The notes: generated by a model not told the origin, from the letters alone. 64,000 nucleotides of DNA from Paramecium tetraurelia (GCA_000165425.1 CT868063.1:186001-250000), one strand, 5' to 3'; counted from the stretch's first letter, positions 28,440 to 42,353 are shown. Numbers and translations are program-made.

Positions 28440-30699
28440 ATGAACGAAGCGCTGAAAACAATAGTTAAATTTTTAGAGCACTCTGGTCTTTAATAATCAG
28501 CCCGCAAATTGAAGGAAGAAATCAGTAAATATCACTAATTCAAATATCTTAGTAATGATGAAAAATGAAATTGACTGTGAGAAAAAACAATAATAAATGC
28601 TAATGAGTATAAATATATCAAATATTATAAAGAAATAATCTGTTAAGCTTTGGACTCAAAGAAGAAAGAAAAGAAGAAGCCAATCATTGATAGATAAGCA
28701 GTCCGCAGGAAACCAAAAGTATTCACATAAGAGTAGACAGAACAAATCATGGAAAAATTTATGAATAGATTGGTGTCAAAACCAAATTTATTGGAAGATG
28801 AGACACTCAATGAGAAGATTGAACGTTATTTTGATAATGCCACATTCTAAAAGATGGTGGATTAAGCAGATGTATTTCATGACATTTCAAATACTTCTAT
28901 TTCAAATTCGATCCTCAAAAAAAAGAGAACTGAAACAAGTGAAGAATAATAATAAGCTCCTTGTTTTGGCAATTGTAATAAATATAGTTCTTACAATTAT
29001 TTTAGAGATTCAAGAGAACGATCAAATAGTATTTGGAAAAATCTAATAACCTTAGAAACATTAAAAATAATAAGTTCTGGAAAAATCACCTTCAGTCGAT
29101 GAGTTGTTTACAGAAGAGGATGTCTCGAGATCTGCTGCTAGACATCAACAATTTGAGGGTATTGATACTGCTAAAATGCCATCCATCATAAGACCTGAAA
29201 GTGGATGCAACGATTCCTCTTTCTTTCTATAAAACTCTTAGTCGTTTGTATTACATGATATGGAAGAAAATAAAAATATCTTAGATGAATATAATGATGA
29301 TGACGATCCTGGATTTGAATTCTATGAAGTTGGAGAATAGAATTTCGTTAAAGCGGCTAAAAAACTGGGCAGAAAAATTTGGATTCCCTTAAAGAGCTAT
29401 GGCATAACTTAAGTAGAAAAAGGATGAAGTGAATTGTGATGACGAAGATGATAGTGGCGTCTTATTGAAGAGTTAATAGAAATCTTAGGAGGAAAGTAGG
29501 AAAGGATACATTTATTTGCCTCCCACTATGAAACATCCTGAATCTACAGATGACTTTTATCCTGTAGAATTTGATAGAGTCATCTATGATTGTTTCAATC
29601 TCAAAGTCATTTTTGATAGGGAAAGAACTGGGTTTGAAGAAACCAAAGATTTTCCAATTGTAATTAATTCAATCATTGCTGGAAGGTATCAGATATTAGA
29701 ATATTTGGGATCAGCAGCATTTTCAAAAGCAGTTAAATGCTTAGATTTACAATCATAAAAGGAAGTATGCATGAAGATCATAGAAAATAATAAAGATTAT
29801 ATGGATTAGAGCATAGATGAAATTAAATTATTGAAATATATAAATTGCAATGGAGATTGTGATGCTAAAAATGTGCTTAAATTATATGATTTCTTTTATC
29901 ATAAAGAACATTTATTTCTAGTTACTGAATTACTTAAAGATAATCTATATGAATTCTATAAGTACTACAAAGAAACAGAAAAAGTCAATTATTTTACAGT
30001 TGGTAGATTATAAAAAGTAAGTAAATATCATATTTATTTAGCTAACCAAATAAATCTTAATTGCATTAGATTATGTACATTCTCTTAAATTGATTCATTG
30101 TGATTTAAAACCTGAAAACATATTAATGAGATCTATAAGCAAATGTGAATGTAAAGTGATTGATTTCGGATCTTCATGCTTCATCCATGATCATCTATCT
30201 AGTTATGTTCAATCAAGAAGTTATAGAGCACCTGAAGTTATCATTGGATGCAAATATGATTACAAAATAGATATGTGGTCATTGGGCTGTATCCTAGCTG
30301 AATTATGGACAGGATTTGTTTTGTTTTAGAATGACACTGTATAAGGCTTATTAGCTAGAGTGATTGGCATAATTGGTCCATTTCCTGAATATATGATGAA
30401 AGAGGGCAGATTAGTTAATCAATTCTTCACTAAGGAGAAACTACTCTATTAGAATGCAATGGAGGATTAATAACATCATCAAAACTCTGGTTTAATCTAA
30501 ATATTGGTTCCCAAGAAATCAAATCTAAAGGCTAGACTTAAGACTGATGACATGTTCTTTTTAGATTTTGTTAAACAATTATTACACATCGATCCTTCAA
30601 AAAGGTATAATAACATTTGATCAATAAATTAGACCCTCAGCTAAGGATGCCCTCAATCATCCCTGGTTTACATAAATATAATATCCTGATGGATTATGA
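28440..30699 (+). CDS. DYRK-family kinase, DYRKP type, with LisH-like N-terminus; apparent +1 frameshift at ~29367
   Basis: [53 protein letters not shown]-terminal [22 protein letters not shown]. Confidence 0.88.
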
Positions 30700-30778
30700 A
30701 ATATAAACCAATCTATAAATTAATAAATCATTCTTCTTTTATTCGTCACTATAAATTTCCAAATGTTTCTATGTGCGA

Positions 30779-31253
30779 TCAGATGGAATTGTAATTGAAA
30801 ATGCAATCATAAGAGTTCCTAGGAAACTCTCTATATTTGGCCACAGCAACCTCATTTGTAAAAACATATCCTAATGGACTTGTGGTACCAAAGACTATGC
30901 CAAATAGTAATCTAAGGATGATAGTTTCATTATAGGACTGGCAAGACTAGTGTAATAGACTAGTATCATTGAAAGTCCTGCGAAAATTGAAAATGAAGTT
31001 TTTCGACTGATTTTATCTGTAATATAAGCACAAATGCAATTTCCTATAACCACTCCTCCAAGAAAGAAGATCCTAGTGTTGAAACTTGAGTTTATGATAG
31101 TTGCCATTCCTTTTGCAATATTGCCATCAAAATGGACATAAAAACGTATTCGACACCATCACAAAATTCTATTAATCCTATAATGCTAATTGTTCTAAGG
31201 TAATAAATTCGTGACCCAATCTTCTTTTATAATATTTGATCAAAGGAAATCAT
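30779..31253 (-). pseudogene. truncated MFS (SV2/sugar-porter-like) transporter pseudogene
   Basis: FCDGVEY...ILQKEWQLS...LGS / FFLGGVVIGN...ITDKISRK (motif A) ...RLLFG...NEV; two frameshifts; ends after ~4 TMs. Confidence 0.75.
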
Positions 31254-31310
31254 ATGAGAATATTGTGTTTGATTAATATTTTAATAAGTAAAAGTAAATT
31301 GAATTTTTAT

Positions 31311-32551
31311 TCATTTCTTTTTTATTGTCTTCATTTAAGCTGCTTTTGTAGGTTTTAGATACCTCTTGCTTATAGTTTGATTAAATTGATTTTATGAGGA
31401 TGGAGCTTATTCAAGCATTTAAAGAGCCTTGTACTCATTTACAAAAATGTAGAGTAACTCCAATTTGCTCATCCCTTCATATGGAACAGCAAGTTCTGAT
31501 TTATTAAGGGAGAGTAAGAAATCAAGGGATTAACTCATTCCAGATTATTCTGGATAGCCTTGCATCAAGATTTACATTAATTCTTCTAAATGTGAGCGTA
31601 TGATGGCTTTGCACTCTAATTTTTCTTGGCTTTAATAGTATTAATTTTTGGCTAAACGAATTCCATTCAACACAGTTTACACACTTGGCAAAGCTTTGGA
31701 GGACATCTGAACATATTGATCTTATTTGATAGGATAAGCTTCAACTGATACATCGCATTATTCAACGGAACTATTTAGGAGCGGATTATTAAGTTCCTTC
31801 TTTTTGGCAATAATAACATTCTTAACTAATTCTGCCATTGTATGTTCATCGACTTAACCAGCAGCTATGTTTAAGAGACAATCGAAATCGATTTTAGTGA
31901 CTGGCTACTAGGAGTTGATTTCTTCTTTTAAAAGGAAGGATTCATCATTGGCTTACAGGTCATCAGCAGTTTGTCCAATCTGATATATGTCTTTGATTGA
32001 TTTTGGAAGTTTGATTCCTGTAGTCTAATCAGGAAGTGGTCTTTTATTGATTGTCTTGAAATCGTAGTCATTCGAATCGATTTGTTTGATTTCTTTAGCA
32101 GGTGCTTGATTTTGTTATTTCTTTTCTGTTAATTGATTTTGTTTGTTTTATTATCTCAATTGATTAAGAAAGTTATTGGGTTGTTTTTTGAGAGTTAGAA
32201 AATTCTCAGATCTTTTGATTGCTTTGTCTAACTAGTTATGCAATTAATGCGAAAGATTGACATTATTGATTTCAGGTTTACTAACAATATTCAATTGAAT
32301 TAATGGTTGTATCAGTGGTTTAGCCATAAGATCTAAGTATTTAAAATGCTATTACACATATCTTAATCAAAATCAGTTTATTAAGGACGAACAACATGAA
32401 TCATCTTCTCTTCAATTTGTGATTAATCCTTAAGTTCTACATCATTGGAGATAGTCAACTTCTATCGTTCTATTTGTTATATCGAATTATTTTGATAGAT
32501 GTTTGATTTAGAGAAGAATTGCTATAACTTGTGCATTCGAAGGTCGCTCAT
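31311..32551 (-). CDS. hypothetical protein
   Basis: MSDLRMHKLQQFFSK..., long code-6 frame, TGA at 31311. Confidence 0.65.
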
Positions 32552-32578
32552 TTATTATTAAATTAATTTTTGTGGTAA

Positions 32579-34686
32579 ATGCAAGGAGTATTACCTACAT
32601 AATGTCGAGATTTTATGAACAAACAATATTGGTAACGATTCTTCAAAAAGATTAAGAAAGAGGGTCAATAGAATGAATTCTTTGAGTGGTATGGCAATTA
32701 TGATAGCTACAATCATTTGTTTAAAAAATATATCAAAGTGGAAGACAGTGTATTCCATGCAGGTTGTGGTAAATCACTGCTCTCTGAATAACTCTATGAT
32801 AATGGCATATGCAAAAATATCACAAATGTTGATTATGAAAAAATTGTAATAAAAGATTACTTAACCTTATTAGTCTTTAGATTAGATGCGCAAGAGATCT
32901 GAGAATAAGAGACCAGAAATGACATTCTAATGCATGTCTTTGACTGAAGAAATCAATATTCAATCTGAATAATTCGATGTTATTCTAGACAAGGGAACTC
33001 TTGATGCTATCTTTCCAGATGAAGAAACACCTTAAGTTAATACTTATATAGCAAATATGCTCAGAATATTAAAGAAGAACGGCAAGTTCATCATTATATC
33101 TCTATTACAAGATCACATTTTAAAAACTCTATTGTAATTGTAAGTCAATATCCAAATTTATGAATGCGTAATTGAGAAGAGTAAACTTTATCCATTTTTT
33201 ATCGTTATCGATAAAAGTGAATAGAAATCAATTCAATTCTATTAATTACAAAAGGAAGTTCAGACTATATCAATTAAATAGACATAAGAAATAATAAAAA
33301 AGATATAATTACAGAATCATTTTGTTACATCAATCCATAAACTTAGGTAAAGTCAAAGCTTCACTTTAGATATTTGGGATAATAATAATAAATAAACTCC
33401 TAGATATAAATTAGATATCTATGATAATGATGACAGCAAAATCTTACTATAGAAAACTTGTGGATGCTTTATTGTTCCCTAAGGAAGAGAGTAATCTTTC
33501 TTATTTGGAACTGAACAAGGACACAAAGAGTTAATTAAACAAATGAAAATGTCAAGATGTGTAATAGCACGTATGAATCCAGGACATAAGTTCAGCAATA
33601 TGAAATAAGTGTAATAAGAGTTGTCTGAACCGATGAAGTAATTGATACCTAAGGGTTGCACTAATATTCCTTGTCCATTTTTAACAGATGGGGATGAAAT
33701 TGGAGAGAAGAATATAATATTTGAGGCTGATGACTGCATAGTTGAAGAACTAATTATTGATGATATTAAATATAGGAGACTAATAATTAAGAGTGCTTTA
33801 GATTTAATTTAATGTGAAGCCAAAATTATCAACAATAAAGTGGATAATTCATATCTAGATTTCGAAGCATATGTTGCCATAGTTGCAGGCTTGGCATTTA
33901 ATTAAGCAAAGGAAGTACTTATTTTGGGAGGAGGTGTTGGTTTGTTGAGTAGATTCATAAATCAACATTTTGGAGTCAAGGTTACCAATATCGAATTAAG
34001 TGACGATATTGTGAACATTGCAAAAACATTCTTTGATTTCGAAAATACAGATTCAGAGACTTTAGTATGTTGTGATGCACTTGACTATGTAGATTAAACT
34101 CTCGAATGTCATCAATATGACACCATCATTGTTGATATTAATGGTAATCTATATTTCTGATTGTTTAGCATCTTAAGCCAATTAGTTGTCACCACCTAAA
34201 TAGTTCTTGTCTGCTGAATTTCTTAAGAAACTTAGAACATTACTTACACCATAAGGAATCATCATAATCAATGTTTTGGATTCTCAAAAAGAATTAACTC
34301 AATTACCTTGGGACCTATATTATTCTAGGAAGTGTGAGAATGAAATTAATGAGATATTTTATTTAATCAATGCATAGAAGGAGAAGAAGGAAGTAGATGG
34401 AAAAGAGATTGATGTTATAGATAAACGTCTTTTAGATGAAATAGCTCAATAATTGAAAAAGTCTATGGTCAACTTCTCCAAGGGCAAATGGGATAATTCT
34501 ATGAATTTGGCTTCTGAAATTGATAACATCAGGCTTAAACATCCGATTTTTAAGACTCAAGCATTTTAAACTCAGGATGCATTACTTGTGTAGGATGGAG
34601 AAATTATCAATAATCGCAAAGATTTCTATTAAGAAGACTTGAAGAAGGTGTAAAAGAAGAAGCATAATAGACGTAGAAAGAATTGA
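32579..34686 (+). CDS. METTL13: eEF1A dual lysine/N-terminal methyltransferase
   Basis: MQGVLPTQCRDFMNKQYWQRFF...FEWYG, GCGKSLLSE, DKGTLDA, FIVPQGRE, and a second spermidine-synthase-like MTase (LILGGGVG, IIVDIN). Confidence 0.88.
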
Positions 34687-34785
34687 GTTTGCTTCAGTTT
34701 TTATATTTTGTTGATTTTATATATCAAATTTTAATAAGAAAGAGAATTTCTTGTAAAAATTTATTTAATTTAAAAAAAGATTCAA

Positions 34786-35798
34786 ATGGAAGAGAGCACA
34801 ATTGATTGGGATAAAGTAACAGCCATGGATAAGTATGCTATTTCATATCATTCAAGTGAAACCCTTCTTCAGTTTGCAAACGATCTATATGAAGCTCTTC
34901 ATCTCGAATAAGCAAAATCTGCCTATTAGTTGTACCTCAAAAGAAACCATAAAAATATTGAAGCCTTAGATCAATATACAGATTGCCTAGAATAAATGGG
35001 TCTGGTAGAAGAATTACAACAAGCTCTCACTCCATATTTGAATTAACAAGATTTAATCACGTATGTCCACAAATTAAATTCACTAGTTCTTATGAACATT
35101 GTTACAAATTGTTGTTTAAATATGCACAGACCCAATAAGGCAAATAAGCCATTCAGATATATGAGTATGGAATTTAGCTAGCTTTGCAGAGGAATGCTTC
35201 TAAAAGGGATATTGGAGATGCTTTCGCTGCCATAGCTGAAGTTTATTAAACTGATTTATTATAATTCAAAGAATCAGAATAAACTTGTGTCGATGCAATA
35301 AATAATGCTTTCAAATACGATCCACTGAATTTAGATGCATTTCTCTAATTGGCTAATTTTCATTTAAATAAAGAAGACGAAGAGGCTGCCAAGAAAGACT
35401 TAAGGGTTATCTACGAAAAGTTGGAACATGAAATGGAAGAATATGACGAAGACTTTATACTTCAAGTTGGAAAATTATTAGTGGAAGTGGAATTATTTGA
35501 TTAAGCTATTAAAATATTGAGAATGCTGGTCGATAGAAATGCTGAAGATCCAGAAAGCTTATACATGCTTGCTTTTGGGTTGTGGAAAGCATAGAAATAT
35601 GAAGAAAGCTTAAAAATAGTCAATGGGATTCTTTAATTGCCTGATGCAAAGGAGGATTAAGTATAAATTAATAATTAAAATAAATAGGAAATTTGGACAG
35701 CTACTTTAGAGTTAAAGGATCAATTAGAGAAAGAAACATGGATGGATGTTGAAGATGAGGAAGAAAATGAATTGTAAAAATTGTAACAACTAGAATGA
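34786..35798 (+). CDS. ACL4: TPR protein, Rpl4 assembly chaperone-like
   Basis: AFAAIAEVYQTDL...EQTC...LQLANFHL...KLLVEVELFDQA...ESLYMLA pattern resembles Acl4; acidic tail. Confidence 0.7.
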
Positions 35799-36039
35799 TC
35801 TTCTTTTTTAATTAATGTTTTATAGTATAGTATTGATTTTTATAATAATTAATATTTATATGAGAAATCTATTATATAAACAATTAAATATTCTAACACA
35901 TTAAATTAATCCTATAATATTAATGTAACAATTTCAATTTAATGAATAATAGTCCATACTTTTAGTATAACAATTATTTAAACCATGTTAATTTATGATA
36001 TTAGATTGTTAAATTCGTAATATTAATCCTACCCCGTAC

Positions 36040-37130
36040 TTAGAAAAGCGCAGGATGTTTTTAACAGGACTTTGAGACAAAATTATACGGACGCCAACAG
36101 AAGCAGCATGGTATGAACCCGAATTTCTAATCTAAGTCGCTAAAAGGATGGCAGCGGAGAATCCTGACATTAAACTTTTAGATTAATATTCAAATCCATC
36201 AAATCCCTTAGCTCATTATGAAGGAAGAGCAGAAGAAATTCTCTGGGCATGTGACAATAAATTAGATGCAATTGTAATGACTACTGGCACAGGAGGAACA
36301 GTCACTGGAATAAGTAGAAAAATTCATGAAAGAGTACCTGGATGTCGAGCTATTGCTGTTGATCCTTATGGATCAGATTTGGCATTGCTTCCATAGGTCA
36401 ATAAGACAGACATCAAATCTTATAAGGTTGATTTCATACCGAAAGCTCTAGATAGAATATTACTTTAATTTTATATTTCTAAGACTTAAGTTGATTGTTG
36501 GATTAAGTCAAATGACAAAGATAGTTTAAGCATGGCTCTTAAATTGATGGCTTAAGAAGGTCTTCTTTGTGGTGGTTCTTCAGGTGCTAACGTTTGGGGA
36601 GCTCTTGAATGGGCTAGATCACAAATTTAACAGAATGATAGAGAGTAATTTTAAGAATTAACTTTAGATTGTCATTATTTTACCAGATAATATCAGAAAT
36701 TACATGACGAAACACTTAAATAAGAATTGGATGATTGAAAATAGATTGATATTTTATGATGAATTGAAGGAACCAGATCACCCTTTATCTGAAAAACCAA
36801 TATCAGAACTTAATCTTCCAGAAATCATTCTATTGACTGAGAACATATCCTGCTGTACCTTTACAAAAAGATGGCAAATTTTTCTCCGTTGTATTTTAGA
36901 GAAAATTATTGGCTGGAATAGTTGATAAAGTTAAATAAAGTAATTTCTTATTGGTATTATTTTTAGGGAGATTTGGCTAAAAAGGTACAATCCAAAGACT
37001 TTGTTGTTGTTCCTAATACATTAGATTAAAATTATTAGAAAGGATTGCTGAAAGACATGAAGTGGGGTTAATTGAAAATGGGGTTAAATTGAGATACGCA
37101 ACTTCTGGAGAATTCTTATAGATATTTTGA
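36040..37130 (+). pseudogene. CBS: cystathionine beta-synthase pseudogene (5'-truncated)
   Basis: [61 protein letters not shown]; in-frame TGA at 36073; EGIGY motif deleted; no N-terminal PLP-lysine region. Confidence 0.85.
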
Positions 37131-37225
37131 TAATATACTAAATTTAATTTAGAATTTCTAATTTAATAATAGATCTGTTTATTTAGAAATTTATTAATAA
37201 CAATAATAATAATTCAGTTATTTAT

Positions 37226-40185
37226 TCAATAATTTATTGTACATTATATTTGCTCTTTAGTTCTATTTTAATCAGTTTCATATACTCCATTTTTAATTTT
37301 ATTAATTGTATAATTGTTATTAGCTAACTGTTGTTCAAAAATCAATTCGTAAATTTATCTGTAATCGGTAACAAAATATAAATTTAGACCTTTGATAAGT
37401 TGCTGTGGTAAATTTAATGCATCTCCTAAGTTAGCATAAGGAAGTATGATATCAACAATGTCTAAGGTTTTTGCAGCAATCAACTTTTGTTATAATCCAC
37501 CTATATGATTAAAGTATTAAATACCTATTTTACAAACTTGTCCATTTAATGAAATTTCTCCAGTCATTCCTAAGTTACTAGGCACAACAACATTCATAAC
37601 TAAACTTAATAAAGCTGTTGTAATAGCTGTTCCCGCAGAAGGACCGTCCTTTGGAGTAGCTCCTTCTGTAAAATGCATATGAACTGCAGAATTCTACAAT
37701 TTCTTTTTCTATTCTTCATTCAAGAATTTAAATGCATTGATTTTAGCTAGTTTAAGAGACTCCTATAAAACTAATTTGATATTTCCGGAAGCTTAGATTT
37801 ATCCTTTCTTTTCTGTTTCACTTAAATCAAAACAACTTTCTACAGTTAAGACATGTCCAATCATTCCACCTACTGTCAAGATGTTGACTTGTCCTGGTGG
37901 AAATTTCTTAATGGATCTCTATTCTAATTAAATATCAAAAGCAGGAGGACCTAAATATTAAGATATCAATTCTAAGTTTTGATCTTTAGTCAGGTCTAAA
38001 CTTTAAGTGGTAGGATCAAATACAACTTGGTTCAATTCATCAACTTTATCGCAAAGATTAGGATTAGATGCTAATATATTAGTAGCATGTTTTCTAGCAA
38101 TCTTTTCTAAGCATCTTTTCAATTCTCTGACTCCACTTTCTTAGTAGCACCATGCTTTAATGATTTTAGTCAAAGCCTATTCATCATATTTAATCATTTA
38201 AGCTTCGATACCATTAGTTTCAATGCTTTTCTTAACCAAGAAATTGGTTGCTATCTATAATTTCTCTTCTTGAATATAGGCCTAGATATCAATAGTTTCT
38301 AATCTATTTTTAAGTGGTTCTAACATCTAAAGGGTATCATTAGATGTAAGAATGAAAATAACATGTGAAAAATCTACACTGATATCCATGTAATGATCAG
38401 TGAAATTATGATTTTCTTCAGGATTCAATATTTCCAATAAAGTATAATAAGGATCAGCACCACCTGAATGATGTTTCGATACCTTATCCAACTCATCTAG
38501 TATGAATACAGGATTCATAGTATTTGATTTGATTAATTCTCTAATAAATACCCCAGGCATCGAGTCTACATAAGTACGCTTATGCCCTTTAAAGAAGGTA
38601 GGATCTGCAACTCCAGCACATGAAATAAATCTTGAAGTTCTCTTAAGAGCTTTAGCAATGCTCTTGGCTATTGAAGTTTTTCCAGTGCCTGGGGGACCAT
38701 TTAACAAAAGGATAAACCCCTTGGCTTTTTCCCCTGCGTTTTTTAATTTATTAACTGATATCATTTCAACTATTCTCTCCTTGACTTTCTCTAAACCTTC
38801 TATTTCTTTGTCAAGGACATCCTTTGCAAATTGGATATCCCATTGAACAGGCTACTTAAATTAAATAAATTACAGAAAATTTTTGAAATGGAATACTGAA
38901 AACTTCATCCAAATAAGAATTGATTTTATGAAATTCTGAACTCTGTTTGTCTAATAAACTGAATCTCTCGATTTCACGTTTAACTTTTTCTCTTGAGGAT
39001 TCATCAGCAATTAACGATAATTTATCAAAGTACTTTTTTACTAATGAAGATTACTTTAAATTAATTGTAGAAACATGTACCTTATCACCACTAAATTATT
39101 GAGTTCCAGCAGTCCCTCCATATTATTAAGATTGACTGGCATCCTTCAAATAGTTTTATCTAATGTATTCTGTTGCTAATTTAGCTAAAGTTTATTAATG
39201 CAATTTCAAAAGAGAGGAGTCTGCTTCTTTGAAATGCTTATTCACTAAATCAAGGATTCCTGACATATTCTCTAGTTGTTTTCTAAGAATAAAGAGTCTG
39301 TCAATATAAGTTTGACTCTCCAACAATTATTAAACAAAATTGGATGTATTCATTTTCAGATTGTTAGTGAGTAATTTAGAGAGACCTGCAGCAATTTAGA
39401 ATACTAATTCATCAACCTAATTAGGAGTGAGTTTTTCACTAGAATCCAATAGTGAGTATTTAACTTCTGAAAATACTTCAACCCTATCATATTAGGCTAA
39501 TTTTCTTATTTATTGTACAAGTGAATTCACCATTCGAATTTCATGTTGGATATCAATTATTTATTCTGCTTATGTTAATGGCCTATCTTTATAGGGTATT
39601 CCTTGAGCAAATATTCCATCAGGTGTCATTTCTATTTTAGTGATTTTGAATCGATAATTTTTCTAAATATTTGATTCTCATACTTGTTTTGATATTATGT
39701 CTAAATTAAATGTGTTGCTCATTGGATCATTTATTAAAATATTTCCATTTTCCTTTCCTTATTCCAAGAATTTTAATTCGGCATTTAAATTCTTTTCGAC
39801 AGATTTATTTAAAGCTATGCCTATAGTAAAGATCTCTCCGTTGTCAGGGGAAATAATGGAGTAAAGGAGTGGTTTAGTGATTCGCTTCAAATTTCCAATT
39901 TTGATCTGACAATTCATAGGATTATTGGGAAAGATCGGCTGAATCGAACTGAAAAGACAGAAGTCAGAGGGCTCTACTTTAGAATCTATTTCACTCTAAT
40001 TTGCCTTGTAATTCTGCAGGGGAATGGTTTTGAGCTTGCCATTTTAGAAATTGTTTGAATCTAAATAATAGGTACTATTTTATACGTGCACTGTATTTAA
40101 ACATCGACTTTTAACCCAATGCAGGGGAAATTCGTGATGCCCAAAGTTGAGGACGCCTAAATAAGATCTTGCTTAAACTTCTCAT
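37226..40185 (-). CDS. LONP1: mitochondrial Lon protease
   Basis: Basic transit-like N-terminus [15 protein letters not shown]; Walker [25 protein letters not shown], catalytic Ser in [15 protein letters not shown], Lys in QKLIAA. Confidence 0.93.
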
Positions 40186-40359
40186 TATTTATTATTTTTT
40201 AATTAAGGTTGTGTAGTATATAATCAAAGTATAAAATCATATTCCACATATTATTTATTTATCTGAAAGGGGGAACTTGATTTCCTTGTGACTATATATA
40301 AAGAGGTTATAATCATTCAAAATAAATTTAGTTTGATTTTTTAATTCATAATTAAAATT

Positions 40360-41866
40360 ATGCTTAGAAACAACGGCTCTGTTGCGAATATTCAGTAAAC
40401 GTAATCTACGACTTCGTTGCTACAAGCATTGGTCAACTCACGACCTAAATCGTCTTAAAAACGAATCCCGTCTGCCAAAAATACCATAATCTAATAAAAA
40501 AATATCCAACGATGTGATCCTAAATTGTCATTACCTGAACCTCCAAAATCAACACGTACTCTTGACAGCGATAAAAAATAATAACCATAGCAATAGAAGA
40601 GACTCACACTAATACAACGAACAATGTAAAATAAACCATAAGAACGCTAACGAATCGACAGTTCAGGATAAAAAGAAGTGCCAAAAGAAAAAGAGGAGTC
40701 ACAGTAAACTATCCCTGACATTGAAATTCCCAAATAAGTCACTGTATTTGCACTTTCGGAGTAAGATTAAAACACGTCTGAGGCAAAAGGCACGACTCCA
40801 TTCGTGCCTCCTCAAGCCTCAGCTCCTTTATCCAAATATGTGATGCGACTATCCAAGGGTGCTAATATCATACCTAAAAAACAGTAGGATCGAAAAAGGA
40901 TGAACAGTCCAGTCAGGAGAGCCACTAAAGAAAATCTTTATACACCTACTCCTACTATGAGCAGAGATACTAAAATGAGAATGAGGAGTGTCTCTCCAGA
41001 TCGAAAATTGATGCCTAAACAAAGCTTAGGACCTCAATCCCCTTTTAATGATTTTGAATACTATATGAGTTTCCTAAGATACTTTCATAACAAATTAACT
41101 AAGAATTAGATAAAATAACTTTTTAACCAAAAAACTAATTAATACTTTTTAGACATTTACTAAGATCATTTTTAGCAAAGTTATCATGCACTTCAGTATT
41201 GCAAAGATATTGTAAAACCATCATTAAATGCTATTGCTAATAAGATTGTCAACTTACCAGAAAATAAATGTAATTTCTTAAATTTATGTAGTCAAAAAAA
41301 CTATCGTTTTTGATTTAGATGAAACCTTAATTCATTGTTAAGAATCAAATGATGATCCATCTGATACTGTTTTAACCATCAAATTTCCTACTGGAGAAAC
41401 AGTTCAAGCTGGAATCAACCTCAGACCATACTGTAGGGAAATGCTAGCCATACTGAGTCAAAAGTATGAAATAATAGTATTTACTGCTTCACATGAGTGT
41501 TATGCTCAGAAAGTCATCAACTACATAGACCCAGACAAAAAATGGATCCATCATAGATTTTTTAGGGAGAGCTGTGTTGTTGTAGATGATGGTCTCCACA
41601 TTAAGGATCTAAGAGTGTTGGGAAATAGAAATCTTAAAGATCTAGTCTTAGTCGACAATGCCTCCTACTCTTTTTGCTTTTAAATTGAAAATGGTGTTCC
41701 AATCATTCCTTTTTATGACAATAGTTCAGATAGGGAATTACAATATCTGACTACTTACTTACTTGAGGTGATGCAGGAATAGGATATCCCCTCGAAGAAT
41801 TTGTCGAAATTTAAAACCAATTTATATTAGGAATCAACTATCGAACATTTATTAAATACTATATGA
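40360..41866 (+). CDS. CTD small phosphatase-like protein (FCP1/NIF HAD family)
   Basis: FDLDETLIHC, NLRPY, VFTAS, KDLRVLGNRNL, LVDN, NGVPI; disordered N-terminal half. Confidence 0.92.
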
Positions 41867-41912
41867 TCTATATAATATATCATCATTATATAATTTAATG
41901 ATTAAATTTTAT

Positions 41913-42319
41913 ATGAGTACTATATCAAAGCTAAGACCAAAAAGAAATCTAATTACAATAGTATTCATATTCTAATTTTAGAGTGATAAAGCAGCCGAGA
42001 GACTGACAGAACTTATGAAGTTATAGAATAATCCAGCTATTGATGCAGTCAAAATAGGGGTAAGAAAACGTGGTTGCAACGGATTAACTTACACAATGAA
42101 CTATTGTTCTGAACCAGAGAAATTAGATGAGGTGGTTGAATCCAAAGGTCACTTGTATTAAATACTTTAGGTGTGAAAGTCGTCGTTGATTCTAAGGCTG
42201 TAATGGTGCTTGTAGGAACTGAAATGGATTATGTAGAGGATGACATTAAAAGTGAATTTGTATTTAAGAATCCAAATCAAAAAGGGTAATGTGGTTGTGG
42301 AGAGAGTTTTCATATTTGA
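41913..42319 (+). CDS. ISCA1: iron-sulfur cluster assembly protein (HesB/IscA)
   Basis: KRGCNGLTY, GTEMDY, FVFKNPN, CGCGESF; two short introns. Confidence 0.95.
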
Positions 42320-42353
42320 CACTTATAATATATAATATATTTATAATATCATA

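Noticed and set aside
29355..29430. Euplotes-type programmed +1 frameshifting
   Set aside because: That mechanism uses AAA followed by a TAA/TAG stop. Here TAA/TAG are sense codons and the shift site is CTG GGC, so error or mutation is simpler.
36073..36075. In-frame TGA as selenocysteine or readthrough in CBS
   Set aside because: It aligns to a Gly and co-occurs with deletions and truncation, which indicates a pseudogene.
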